The notes under the pieces are model-generated. The model was not told the DNA's origin. It saw only the letters and a list, made by a program, of their open reading frames with translations, and did not search any database. The translations under genes were made by a program, and so were the position numbers. 64,000 nucleotides of DNA from Candidatus Saccharimonadia bacterium (lineage in GTDB: Bacteria; Patescibacteriota; Saccharimonadia; Saccharimonadales; 2-12-FULL-41-12), in the NCBI GenBank assembly GCA_963717365.1, contig OY970327.1, forward strand, positions 267,599-331,598. The letters run 5' to 3'. Positions 9,713-18,224 of this stretch are shown piece by piece (position 1 is the stretch's first letter; each line of letters begins with the position of its first letter).

Positions 9713-10258
9713 TTGAGTGCACAGAATAATACGCAGCGGATATTCATTTTAGTTATCGTAGCTGTCTTCTTTTTAACATCAGTCGCTATTACAATATCGG
9801 TCATCATTGATGCAGCGCGAAATAAAGACGCGGAAACATCAACCACGGCTAGTGAATCAGCTGATTTACAGAAACAACTCGATCAATTACAGGCAGATCA
9901 AACTAAAACTGTTCAACCAGCAGAAGGAGCAACTATGGAATTACAATCAACTGACACCGTACCAGGAACCGGAGCCGAAGCAGCTGCCGGTAAAAGTGTA
10001 ACGGTACACTATACTGGAACCTTAAAAGACGGTACTAAATTTGACAGTTCAGTTGACCGTGGTCAGCCTTTTACCTTTAACCTCGGCGGCGGCCAGGTTA
10101 TCAAGGGATGGGACCAAGGCGTAGTCGGTATGAAAGTTGGTGGCAAGCGAACCTTAGTTATCCCAGCGGCACTAGCTTATGGTGAACAGTCACCATCGCC
10201 AACCATTCCGCCTAACTCCGATTTAGTATTCACAATTGAATTACTAAATGTGCAATAA
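9713..10258 (+). CDS. membrane-anchored FKBP-type peptidyl-prolyl cis-trans isomerase
   Basis: FKBP core VTVHYTGTLKDGTKFDSSVDRGQPFTFNLGGGQVIKGWDQGVVGMKVGGKRTLVIP, preceded by the TM segment IFILVIVAVFFLTSVAITISVII. I prefer TTG 9713 (RBS GAGGGGAGAG 5-14 nt upstream) over the tracked start 9623, which overlaps the Nudix gene. The start is uncertain. Confidence 0.85.
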   Translation: MSAQNNTQRIFILVIVAVFFLTSVAITISVIIDAARNKDAETSTTASESADLQKQLDQLQADQTKTVQPAEGATMELQSTDTVPGTGAEAAAGKSVTVHYTGTLKDGTKFDSSVDRGQPFTFNLGGGQVIKGWDQGVVGMKVGGKRTLVIPAALAYGEQSPSPTIPPNSDLVFTIELLNVQ

Positions 10259-10265
10259 ACACAAC

Positions 10266-10300
10266 ATATAGCGTAGTTGACGCAACCACAAACGCTATAT
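10266..10300. repeat. perfect 9-bp inverted repeat bracketing the -35 box of the grx-trxB promoter
   Basis: ATATAGCGT (10266-10274) and ACGCTATAT (10292-10300), separated by 17 nt. Confidence 0.6.
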
Positions 10301-10305
10301 ATAAT
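10277..10305 (+). promoter_or_regulatory. consensus-like promoter of the glutaredoxin-trxB operon
   Basis: -35 TTGACG (10277-10282), exact 17-nt spacer, -10 TATAAT (10300-10305). About 45-nt leader with RBS AAAAGGA before ATG 10356. Confidence 0.65.
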
Positions 10306-10355
10306 GTCATACTTAAACAAAGTAAAAATTCTAAGTAAATAAAAGGATCCATACC

Positions 10356-10604
10356 ATGCCAAAAAATATAACTATTTTCACTACTAACACCTGTGCATAT
10401 TGTGTCATGGTTAAGAGATGGCTGAAGTCCAAAGATATTGCATACGAAGAAGTAAATCTGGATGAACATCCGGAGCGGCAAAAGGAAGCTTTTGAACTAA
10501 GCGGTCAGTTGGCTGTCCCGGTGACTATCATTACCAAAGATGATGATAGCAAAGAGGTGGTGGTGGGTTATAACTTAGCAAAACTTGCGCCAGCAGTTGC
10601 GTAG
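10356..10604 (+). CDS. glutaredoxin/NrdH-like small redoxin
   Basis: 82 aa with a CAYC active site near the N-terminus (IFTTNTCAYCVMVKRWL). RBS AAAAGGA upstream. Confidence 0.8.
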   Translation: MPKNITIFTTNTCAYCVMVKRWLKSKDIAYEEVNLDEHPERQKEAFELSGQLAVPVTIITKDDDSKEVVVGYNLAKLAPAVA

Positions 10605-10619
10605 GCGGCAGTTAAAATT

Positions 10620-11582
10620 ATGAGTGAAGCAAGAAAAATTCATGATGTAGTGATGATAGGTGCCGGGCCTACGGCATTATCAGCAGCTATTTACACCACC
10701 CGTGAGGACCTTGATACGGTATTGTTTGAAAAAGGTGTTATTGGCGGTCTGGCGGCAATTACGGATTGGGTAGACAACTACCCTGGTTTTCCTGAAGGCG
10801 TAGCTGGTCTTGAGCTTGGCGACAAGCTGTATAAGCAAGCCGAACGCTTTGGAGCGGTAATTGAACTCGGTGAAGTTACCCATATTGCTAGCGCTGGAGA
10901 TTTGATAAATTTAGAAACAACGAGCGGACAAGTACAAGCCAAGGCAGTGCTGATAGCAACCGGTAGCGACTATAAAAAAATTGGTGTTCCTGGCGAAGCT
11001 GAGTACTTTGGCCGTGGCGTGCACTACTGCGCTACCTGCGACGGTGCCTTTTACCGCGACAAGCGACTTGTGGTAGTCGGTGGTGGCAACTCAGCCGTTC
11101 AAGAAGCTATTTTCCTCACTAGATATGCTACACAAATCGACCTGCTGGTACGCGGTCCTAAAATGCGCGCATCAGAAGTATTGCAAAAAGATCTATTGAA
11201 GCACACTGATAAAATCACGGTACACTTCAACACCCCAACCGAAGAGATCATTGCCGAAGATAACAAGATTGTTAAGGTTATTGGTACTAAGGACGGCGTT
11301 TCCACGGATTTTATGACGGACGGCGTATTCGTCTTTGTTGGTCTTCAGCCAAATACACAGTTCTTGGAAGGCCAGATTGAACTCGATGAAATTGGTCTGA
11401 TTATAACCGATGGAAACTTACAAACAAATATTCCCGGCGTATTTGCGGCCGGTGATGTACGGAGCGGCGCAACCATGCAGATCGCCAGTGCAGTCGGCGA
11501 AGGTGCCACAGCAGCGCTGACAATGCGTAAGTATTTAGAAGAGTTAGAGCGTCGAACTGTTAAAACTCCGACAGCAGTCTAG
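10620..11582 (+). CDS. trxB: thioredoxin-disulfide reductase
   Basis: FAD site GAGPTALSAAIY, redox-active CATCDG, NADPH site GGGNSAVQEA. Confidence 0.93.
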   Translation: MSEARKIHDVVMIGAGPTALSAAIYTTREDLDTVLFEKGVIGGLAAITDWVDNYPGFPEGVAGLELGDKLYKQAERFGAVIELGEVTHIASAGDLINLETTSGQVQAKAVLIATGSDYKKIGVPGEAEYFGRGVHYCATCDGAFYRDKRLVVVGGGNSAVQEAIFLTRYATQIDLLVRGPKMRASEVLQKDLLKHTDKITVHFNTPTEEIIAEDNKIVKVIGTKDGVSTDFMTDGVFVFVGLQPNTQFLEGQIELDEIGLIITDGNLQTNIPGVFAAGDVRSGATMQIASAVGEGATAALTMRKYLEELERRTVKTPTAV

Positions 11583-12271
11583 ACTTTGTGTCGGCATCGC
11601 TTTTTAAGCGGTGCAAGTTTGTTGGGATAATTGCTTATAATGGCCGCGCTTGGATAAAGCAGATGCAAAAAACGAGCTAAAAAAAGGTTATTTACCGTAA
11701 AAATCATAAACTTCCGCTTATTAATTTTTGCATATAAATATACAAGTGGATTAAGTACCCAGAAGTTCAGCGATAAGCCAGTAAAGTTAAGTAATCTGGC
11801 TTTGTAAATACCTTCAAAGGGTCGAGTCAGCTCGGAAACATAAGTCTCAATATTAGGTCGCAGTTTTGAAAAAATTAGCATCTCGGCAGTATCAATAGCA
11901 GTAACTGTTGGTGTCGGGCCGTTATATATTTTTAATTCTTGATGCACCAGCTTCGCCCATCCTTTACCTTTGCAGTCCAATAGCAACGGCATGTCGCCGG
12001 TAATTTCAAAAACTTCGCGGAGACTTGGTATGGGATATCCGCTTTTCGTTACGGTAATATTGATTTCCTTAAGTGTCATATCAGAGATATTGCGATTAAT
12101 GCCGGCAATACGCAACAAGTTAGCGTCGTGCGATAAAATGAGGTGGTTATCTTTGGTGACGCGCAAATCGAACTCGATCATATCGACATCTTCAAGAAGT
12201 GCTGCCTCGATGCTTGGAAGTGTGTTCTCGGGTTCAATACCAGCGGCACCTCGATGTGCTATTAAAATCAT
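11579..12271 (-). CDS. glycerophosphodiester phosphodiesterase family protein
   Basis: GDPD motifs IAHRGAAGIEPENT and IEFDLRVTKDNHLILSHD. Its stop overlaps the trxB stop (shared CTAG). Confidence 0.85.
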   Translation of the reverse strand: MILIAHRGAAGIEPENTLPSIEAALLEDVDMIEFDLRVTKDNHLILSHDANLLRIAGINRNISDMTLKEINITVTKSGYPIPSLREVFEITGDMPLLLDCKGKGWAKLVHQELKIYNGPTPTVTAIDTAEMLIFSKLRPNIETYVSELTRPFEGIYKARLLNFTGLSLNFWVLNPLVYLYAKINKRKFMIFTVNNLFLARFLHLLYPSAAIISNYPNKLAPLKKRCRHKV

Positions 12272-12323
12272 ATGGTATAAAGTATAGAGTAAATATATCT
12301 GTTAACGAAGCGAGGTGATTATA

Positions 12324-12851
12324 ATGCCAGATTTTAATAAAGTAGTAACCCCGGGCGATATTGACAATGGTATTGTCAATACTGTAATTGAAATTTCACA
12401 AGGCTCCAGTTTAAAAATTGAGTGGAATCGCCAGCTGGCCTGTTTTGAGCTTGACCGCGTAGAGCCCAAAATCTTTGCCAAACCGTGCAACTACGGTTTT
12501 ATCCCCGGTACGCTGGATGACGATGGTGATGAGCTTGATACCTTAGTAATCTCACCCGAACCACTACCAACTGGATTATTGCTCAAAGCTCGCATAATTG
12601 GTATTCTGAACTTTATTGATGACGGCGAAGCGGATCATAAAGTTGTAGTTGTACCAGCCGATGATCGGCATACAGGTGATAGCATCCATTCGCTTGATGA
12701 TCTAGGAGTGCGCTGGAAAGAACAGATCGAACATCACTTCACGCATTATAAGGACTTAAAGAAGCCAGGCTCTACAATTGTTGAAGGCTGGGGCGACGTT
12801 GAAGATGCTAAGCGTATAATCGGTGAATGCATTAGCCGTTACGGCAAGTAA
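12324..12851 (+). CDS. ppa: inorganic diphosphatase (family I)
   Basis: DDGDELDTLV and DDGEADHKVVVV match family I PPase acidic motifs. ATG 12324 is preferred, with RBS GAGGTGA upstream; the tracked start 12315 lies inside that RBS. Confidence 0.92.
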   Translation: MPDFNKVVTPGDIDNGIVNTVIEISQGSSLKIEWNRQLACFELDRVEPKIFAKPCNYGFIPGTLDDDGDELDTLVISPEPLPTGLLLKARIIGILNFIDDGEADHKVVVVPADDRHTGDSIHSLDDLGVRWKEQIEHHFTHYKDLKKPGSTIVEGWGDVEDAKRIIGECISRYGK

Positions 12852-12918
12852 TCTATTGAAACTGCTCACGTTTATTGACATACTAAAACCATAGATACAT
12901 AAACAGGTGGGCAGACAC

Positions 12919-13932
12919 ATGAAAACACGGGTAGCAATTAATGGTTTTGGTCGCATAGGGCGCATCTCATTTAGGGCAGCATTTGACCGAACCGATCTAG
13001 AGATCGTTGGCTTGAATGACCTGACCGACACTAAGACATTAGCGCACTTGCTCAAGCATGATAGCAATTATGGCGAATACGCACATAGCGTGAGTTTTGA
13101 TGATACGCATTTGATTGTGAATGAAGTAAAGATACCGGTGTATGCCGTAAAAGATCCGGCTGAACTGCCCTGGAAAGACTTAAACGTTGATGTCGTGATT
13201 GAATCAACCGGCCGTTTTACTAAATTTGAAGATGCCCAGCTCCACATAAAAGCTGGTGCCAAGAAAGTCGTATTGTCAGGGCCAACAAAAAGTCCCGAAA
13301 TAAAAACGATTGTAATTGGTGCCAACGAAGACGAATTAAAAGATGCTGGCGATATTATTAGCAATGCCAGTTGTACAACCAACAGCGCCGCAGCTGTTAT
13401 GGATATTATGGAAAGCAATTTTGGCATTGAAAAAGCCATGTTGACAACAGTCCATAGCTATACGGCTAGCCAAAGCATCCAGGATGCGCCCAGCAAAGAT
13501 CTACGTGAAGCCCGAACAGCTGCTATTAATATTGTGCCAACAACCACCGGCGCAGCTGCCGCAACAGCCTTGACGGTACCAAGTCTAAAAGGGAAATTTG
13601 ATGGCTTAAGTATCCGAGTACCAACCCCTGTAGTTTCAATCAGTGATATAACACTGGTTCTGAAACGCGATACTACCATTGAAGAAATAAATACTGTTTT
13701 TAAAAAAGTTGCCAAAGAACCGTATTACCAGGGAATTCTTGGAGTTAGCGAAGAGCCTTTGGTTAGTCATGACTACATTGGCAATAGCCACTCGGGAACC
13801 GTAGACTTATTGCTTACAAATGTCGTCGCCGGAAATATGGTTAAAGTTGTTGTTTGGTATGACAACGAATGGGGCTACAGCAACCGTTTAGTTGAATTAG
13901 TTGCCGATGTGGGCAAACTGACCCACGAATAG
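12919..13932 (+). CDS. gap: type I glyceraldehyde-3-phosphate dehydrogenase
   Basis: INGFGRIGR, catalytic SNASCTTN, WYDNEWGYS. ATG 12919 with RBS AGGTGGG. Confidence 0.95.
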   Translation: MKTRVAINGFGRIGRISFRAAFDRTDLEIVGLNDLTDTKTLAHLLKHDSNYGEYAHSVSFDDTHLIVNEVKIPVYAVKDPAELPWKDLNVDVVIESTGRFTKFEDAQLHIKAGAKKVVLSGPTKSPEIKTIVIGANEDELKDAGDIISNASCTTNSAAAVMDIMESNFGIEKAMLTTVHSYTASQSIQDAPSKDLREARTAAINIVPTTTGAAAATALTVPSLKGKFDGLSIRVPTPVVSISDITLVLKRDTTIEEINTVFKKVAKEPYYQGILGVSEEPLVSHDYIGNSHSGTVDLLLTNVVAGNMVKVVVWYDNEWGYSNRLVELVADVGKLTHE

Positions 13933-13975
13933 ATTCCCAATTGTTTTGCAAAACCTATATACTGATATTTAGATT

Positions 13976-14464
13976 ATGAAAATTGCGCTTAGTACTGATC
14001 ACGCCGGCTTTGAACCGCTTCAGCGGCTCCAGGTATTCTTGGAAACTCAGGGCCATGAATGTGTCAACTATGGACCTACGCAGTACGTTCCTGAAGATGA
14101 TTACCCTGATTTTATAAAGCCTGCCGCAGAAGCCGTGGCTGACGGCACTTGCCAATTCGGTATTATTTTTGGTGGCAGTGGCGAAGGTGAAGCAATTGCT
14201 GCCAACCGTGTGAAGGGTGTGCGCTGCGGCGTCTACTATGGACCGGCTATCCCAATAGGGGTTATTGACGCAGATGGTCACAAAGCTTCAGACGAGTACG
14301 AAATTCTACGGCTTAGCCGACAACACAATGACGCCAATATGCTCAGTTTGGCGGGCCGATTCTTAACGTCAGAAGCGGCCGAACAAGCGGTAACCGTCTG
14401 GCTGGACACGCCTTTTTCTGATCTTGAACGACACACACGGCGTATAGCGAAACTTGATATATAA
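13976..14464 (+). CDS. rpiB: ribose-5-phosphate isomerase B
   Basis: RpiB/LacAB pattern MKIALSTDHAGF ... IIFGGSGEGEAIAANRVKGVRCG. Confidence 0.9.
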   Translation: MKIALSTDHAGFEPLQRLQVFLETQGHECVNYGPTQYVPEDDYPDFIKPAAEAVADGTCQFGIIFGGSGEGEAIAANRVKGVRCGVYYGPAIPIGVIDADGHKASDEYEILRLSRQHNDANMLSLAGRFLTSEAAEQAVTVWLDTPFSDLERHTRRIAKLDI

Positions 14465-14465
14465 A

Positions 14466-15095
14466 ATGAACACTATTTCCCCTACCATATTAGCCAGCGA
14501 TGAAGTCAGTTACGCTGAACAGATGAAGCGGATAGCACCGTTCGCAGAGCGTATGCAGATAGACCTAATGGACGGTGAATTTGCTTCGCCGGCATCGATA
14601 CCTCTTGATAAGCTTTGGTGGCCGCACAGCGTTAAGGCTGACATTCATCTTATGTATCAAAATCCACCAGATCATCTCGAAAAACTCATTCATCTTCAAC
14701 CGCACATGGTAATTATCCATGTTGAATCAATGTTCCATCACATGCACTTCGCTGCTGAGCTTCATAAAGAGGGGATATTGGCCGGATTGGCTATTTTACC
14801 TGATACGCCAATTGCTAACATAGAACAAATTATAAATAGTTTTGACCACCTACTGATTTTTAGCGGCCATTTGGGTCACTTTGGGGGTAAAGCCGATCTA
14901 GCAATGCTAGGAAAGGTTCAGGAAGCCAAGACTCACCACCCGGACCTTGAATTTGGCTGGGATGGCGGTATTAACGCCGAAAACGCTAAACAGCTGGCTG
15001 ACGGCGGTATTGATGTGCTAAACGTTGGCGGCTTCATCCAAAAATCAGATGATGCCCAAGCTGCTTACAATTTGCTTGTGGATACTATTAAATAA
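14466..15095 (+). CDS. rpe: ribulose-phosphate 3-epimerase-like protein (divergent)
   Basis: RPE-like barrel motifs ISPTILASD, QIDLMDGEF, DIHLMY, GLAILPDTP, GWDGGIN. Divergent from the canonical sequence. ATG 14466 starts 2 nt after the rpiB stop. Confidence 0.7.
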   Translation: MNTISPTILASDEVSYAEQMKRIAPFAERMQIDLMDGEFASPASIPLDKLWWPHSVKADIHLMYQNPPDHLEKLIHLQPHMVIIHVESMFHHMHFAAELHKEGILAGLAILPDTPIANIEQIINSFDHLLIFSGHLGHFGGKADLAMLGKVQEAKTHHPDLEFGWDGGINAENAKQLADGGIDVLNVGGFIQKSDDAQAAYNLLVDTIK

Positions 15096-15125
15096 TTTAT
15101 AATCGTCATAAGTTAGGAGTAGAAC

Positions 15126-15290
15126 ATTAATACAAGAAACAATAAATCATTCAAAATCGTAGTGCCTATACTGCTAGTGTTAGTAATAGGTGGAGTTGGC
15201 TTATATATCTATAGCAACAGGAACTCTACTGAGTCAAACGGCGGTACTAACGCACCCGAGATAAAGCGCAATGAAGTCATTGACGAGTAA
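15126..15290 (+). CDS. candidate unannotated small membrane protein (non-ATG start)
   Basis: Frame is open from 15123 to TAA 15288-15290. AGGAG (15115-15119) lies 6 nt before ATT 15126. The peptide NTRNNKSFKIVVPILLVLVIGGVGLYIYSNRNSTESNGG... has a positive-inside N-terminus plus one TM. The alternative GTG 15162 would start inside the TM. Confidence 0.25.
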   Translation: MNTRNNKSFKIVVPILLVLVIGGVGLYIYSNRNSTESNGGTNAPEIKRNEVIDE

Positions 15291-15335
15291 AACTTGTAAA
15301 TAGAATAAATTAAAAGCTACACCGAGACAGTAGTT

Positions 15336-15344
15336 TGGTATAAT
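15336..15344 (+). promoter_or_regulatory. extended -10 promoter of the split transketolase genes
   Basis: TGgTATAAT, then 10 nt to ATG 15355, no SD. Confidence 0.45.
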
Positions 15345-15354
15345 CATAAGCAAC

Positions 15355-16212
15355 ATGGCGAAAACATATACTATCCCTGACCTCGAAACAAAAGCCAACG
15401 ATATCCGCAAAAGCATTATTACTATGTTGGAGCACGCCGGCAGCGGCCACAGCGCCGGTCCACTTGGTATGGCAGATATCTTCGCAGCGCTTTATTTTGA
15501 CGTGCTGAAGCATGATCCCAAAAATCCAGACTGGGAGCAGCGCGACATATTGCTTTTAAGTAACGGACATACGGTTCCGGTCCGGTACGCCGCGATGGCG
15601 CACGCCGGCTATTTTCCAGAGAAAGAACTGCTAACATTACGGCAGCTGGGCTCACGCCTTCAGGGTCACCCTGAACGGACCAAATTGCCCGGGCTGGAAA
15701 ATACCAGCGGGCCGCTTGGCTGCGGCTTAAGCCAAGGAGCCGGTATGGCATTGGCAATGCGCATGAATAAAGACCTGCATCGCTGGGTCTACGTTGTCAT
15801 GGGCGACGGCGAGCTGGACGAAGGCAATATCTGGGAAGCGGCCATGTTGGCCAGCAAGTACAAGCTGAATAATGTCATTGGCATCATTGACCGCAATAAT
15901 ATCCAGATTGATGGCCAAACAGAACACGTTATGCCGCTGGAAGACCTGGCAGCTAAATGGGAAGCGTTTGGCTGGCATGTGCTAGAGATTGACGGAAATA
16001 ACATGGAAGCAATTATCGATGCCTGCGCGCTGGCCCGGGCAATTGTAGAAAAGCCAGTTATGATCATTGCCCATACCATTCCAGGTAAAGGCGTCGGCTT
16101 TATGGAATACGACTATCATTATCATGGCTATTTATTGCATCCGGACGACGCTAAGAAGGCTTTACACGAGCTGCGGACGCTCCAAGGCAGAATACGGGGC
16201 GAGCACGAATAA
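15355..16212 (+). CDS. transketolase, N-terminal subunit (split form)
   Basis: GSGHSAGPLGMADI and the thiamine-diphosphate motif GDGELDEGNIWEA. Confidence 0.93.
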   Translation: MAKTYTIPDLETKANDIRKSIITMLEHAGSGHSAGPLGMADIFAALYFDVLKHDPKNPDWEQRDILLLSNGHTVPVRYAAMAHAGYFPEKELLTLRQLGSRLQGHPERTKLPGLENTSGPLGCGLSQGAGMALAMRMNKDLHRWVYVVMGDGELDEGNIWEAAMLASKYKLNNVIGIIDRNNIQIDGQTEHVMPLEDLAAKWEAFGWHVLEIDGNNMEAIIDACALARAIVEKPVMIIAHTIPGKGVGFMEYDYHYHGYLLHPDDAKKALHELRTLQGRIRGEHE

Positions 16213-17183
16213 TGACCAACCTACACTTGCGGGACATACACAAAGATGTTGACAGCGAACCAACCCGCAAGGGTTTCGGCCGTGGCCTGGTGGAAGCCGG
16301 CAAGCGGGATGAGAATGTTGTAGCCGCTTGCGCAGATTTAACAGACAGTACACAGATGAGTCTATTCAAAAATGAATTCCCGGATCGTTTTGTTGAAATC
16401 GGTGTGGCCGAACAGAACCTGGTAACAGTCGGTGCCGGCATGGCGGCAATGGGCAAAATTCCATTTGTCAGCAGCTACGCGGCTTTTAGCCCGGGCCGCA
16501 ACTGGGAACAAATCCGCACCACGATTTGTCTGAACGACCGCCCGGTTAAAATCGTTGGTTCCCACGCCGGCATCAGCGTTGGACCGGACGGTGCGACCCA
16601 TCAAATGCTGGAAGATATCGCCCTGATGCGCGTGCTACCAAATATGGTAGTAGTCGTACCGGGCGATAGTATTGAGGCCGAAAAGGTTACCCTGGCGTTG
16701 GCCCAAGATACCCGTCCGGCATACTTGCGACTGGCCCGGGAAGCGACGCCTATTATTACAACTCCGGAAACGCCATTTGAAATCGGCAAAGCCTATGTGT
16801 ATGTACCGGGTAACGACTTGACTATTATCGCTACCGGAACTATGACATATCAGGCCATGGTAGCTGCCCATAAACTGTTTGTGCAGGGCATTGACGTCGA
16901 AGTTATCCACGTTCCTACTATTAAGCCGTTAGACGCTGTAACGATTTTATCAAGCGCACGCAAAACAGGAGCGGTAATCACTGTTGAAGAAGCTCAAATT
17001 AATGGCGGGTTAGGCGGAGCTGTGGCAGAACTGTTAAGCGAAGAACATCCGGCTAAATTAAAACGCATCGGGATGCGCGATCAGTTTGGCGAATCAGGCA
17101 AACCAGAAGAATTATTGGAGCACTTCGGCTTGACAGCCAAGCATATTATGCTGGCCGCCCACAGTTTGCTTAAAACAAAATAA
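16212..17183 (+). CDS. transketolase, C-terminal subunit (split form)
   Basis: Pyrimidine-binding domain EIGVAEQNLVTVGAGMA. 1-nt start/stop overlap (TAATG) with the N-terminal subunit. Confidence 0.93.
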   Translation: MTNLHLRDIHKDVDSEPTRKGFGRGLVEAGKRDENVVAACADLTDSTQMSLFKNEFPDRFVEIGVAEQNLVTVGAGMAAMGKIPFVSSYAAFSPGRNWEQIRTTICLNDRPVKIVGSHAGISVGPDGATHQMLEDIALMRVLPNMVVVVPGDSIEAEKVTLALAQDTRPAYLRLAREATPIITTPETPFEIGKAYVYVPGNDLTIIATGTMTYQAMVAAHKLFVQGIDVEVIHVPTIKPLDAVTILSSARKTGAVITVEEAQINGGLGGAVAELLSEEHPAKLKRIGMRDQFGESGKPEELLEHFGLTAKHIMLAAHSLLKTK

Positions 17184-17236
17184 CCGCCACAAATCATGTA
17201 CAAGCCCAACTTTAATCAGGTATACTGCTAATAACT

Positions 17237-18145
17237 ATGCCGCTAACGCTTAAGCAGATCCGTCAAAATACCGAAAACGCACGGGCGCTCATGGATCGAG
17301 CTCGGGCAGAGCATTTTGCGGTAGGTGCGTTCAATCTTGATAACCAAGAGACACTTAAGGCGGTTGTTCGGGCCGCCGTTGCTAAGGAATCGCCGGTACT
17401 GGTCGAGGTCAGTCACGGTGAAGTAGAAGCGCTTGGTCTCGATAATATTCGTGACATGGTAGATAACTACAAAAATGAGCTTGGCGTAGAAATGTACGTT
17501 AATTTGGATCATAGCCCGTCAGTTGAAGCTGCTAAGGCTGGCATTGAAGCCGGTTTTGAGTTCATTCACATTGATGTGTCCCAAGCTAATCATAATGCCA
17601 CCGAAGAAGAAATTATTGATGCCACGTGTCAGGTAGTGCAATATGCGCAACTTACCGGCGCACTTATAGAAAGTGAGCCGCATTATTTTGGCGGTGGCTC
17701 AGCCTTGTTCAAGGAAGCCTTTGATTATGATGAAATCAAAAAAACATTCAGCACCCCAAAAGGTGCTAAGCACTTCTCTGAAGCCACCGGTATTGATACT
17801 TTTGCGGCTGCAATTGGTAATCTCCATGGATCATACCCGGTGCCAAAGATTCTTGATCTAGAACTACTTAAAAGTGTCCGAAAAGCGATTGATTGTAATA
17901 TTAGTCTCCATGGTGGTAGCGGAACGCCACTTCATTATTTCGTCGAGGCAGCTAAAATTGGCGTTACTAAGATAAACATTAATTCTGATATGCGCCTAGC
18001 CTTCCGGAATACATTAGAGAAAACTCTTAAAGAACACCCCGATGAAATCGCTGTTATTAAACTTATGGACGAAGTAATCGCGGCAGTCCAAGCAGTCGTT
18101 GAGTCAAAGATCGATGCATTTGGCAGTGCCGGGAAAATTGCCTGA
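17237..18145 (+). CDS. fba: class II fructose-bisphosphate aldolase
   Basis: FAVGAFN, NLDHS and SLHGGSGTP motifs of class II FBA/tagatose-bisphosphate aldolases. Confidence 0.88.
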   Translation: MPLTLKQIRQNTENARALMDRARAEHFAVGAFNLDNQETLKAVVRAAVAKESPVLVEVSHGEVEALGLDNIRDMVDNYKNELGVEMYVNLDHSPSVEAAKAGIEAGFEFIHIDVSQANHNATEEEIIDATCQVVQYAQLTGALIESEPHYFGGGSALFKEAFDYDEIKKTFSTPKGAKHFSEATGIDTFAAAIGNLHGSYPVPKILDLELLKSVRKAIDCNISLHGGSGTPLHYFVEAAKIGVTKININSDMRLAFRNTLEKTLKEHPDEIAVIKLMDEVIAAVQAVVESKIDAFGSAGKIA

Positions 18146-18224
18146 CATTTTTATTGCCTGAACCACTTAGTTTGTGGCACAATAACAGTTATAGATAACC
18201 ATAAACAACATGAGGGTGGGGCCG

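Noticed and set aside
15422-16910. Cluster of 60-111-aa antisense and alternative-frame ORFs across the transketolase genes
   Set aside because: These fall within the locally GC-richer transketolase coding sequence, where stop codons are rare in off-frames. Their products are Arg/Ala/Pro-rich, typical of shadows, whereas the transketolase frames carry diagnostic motifs.
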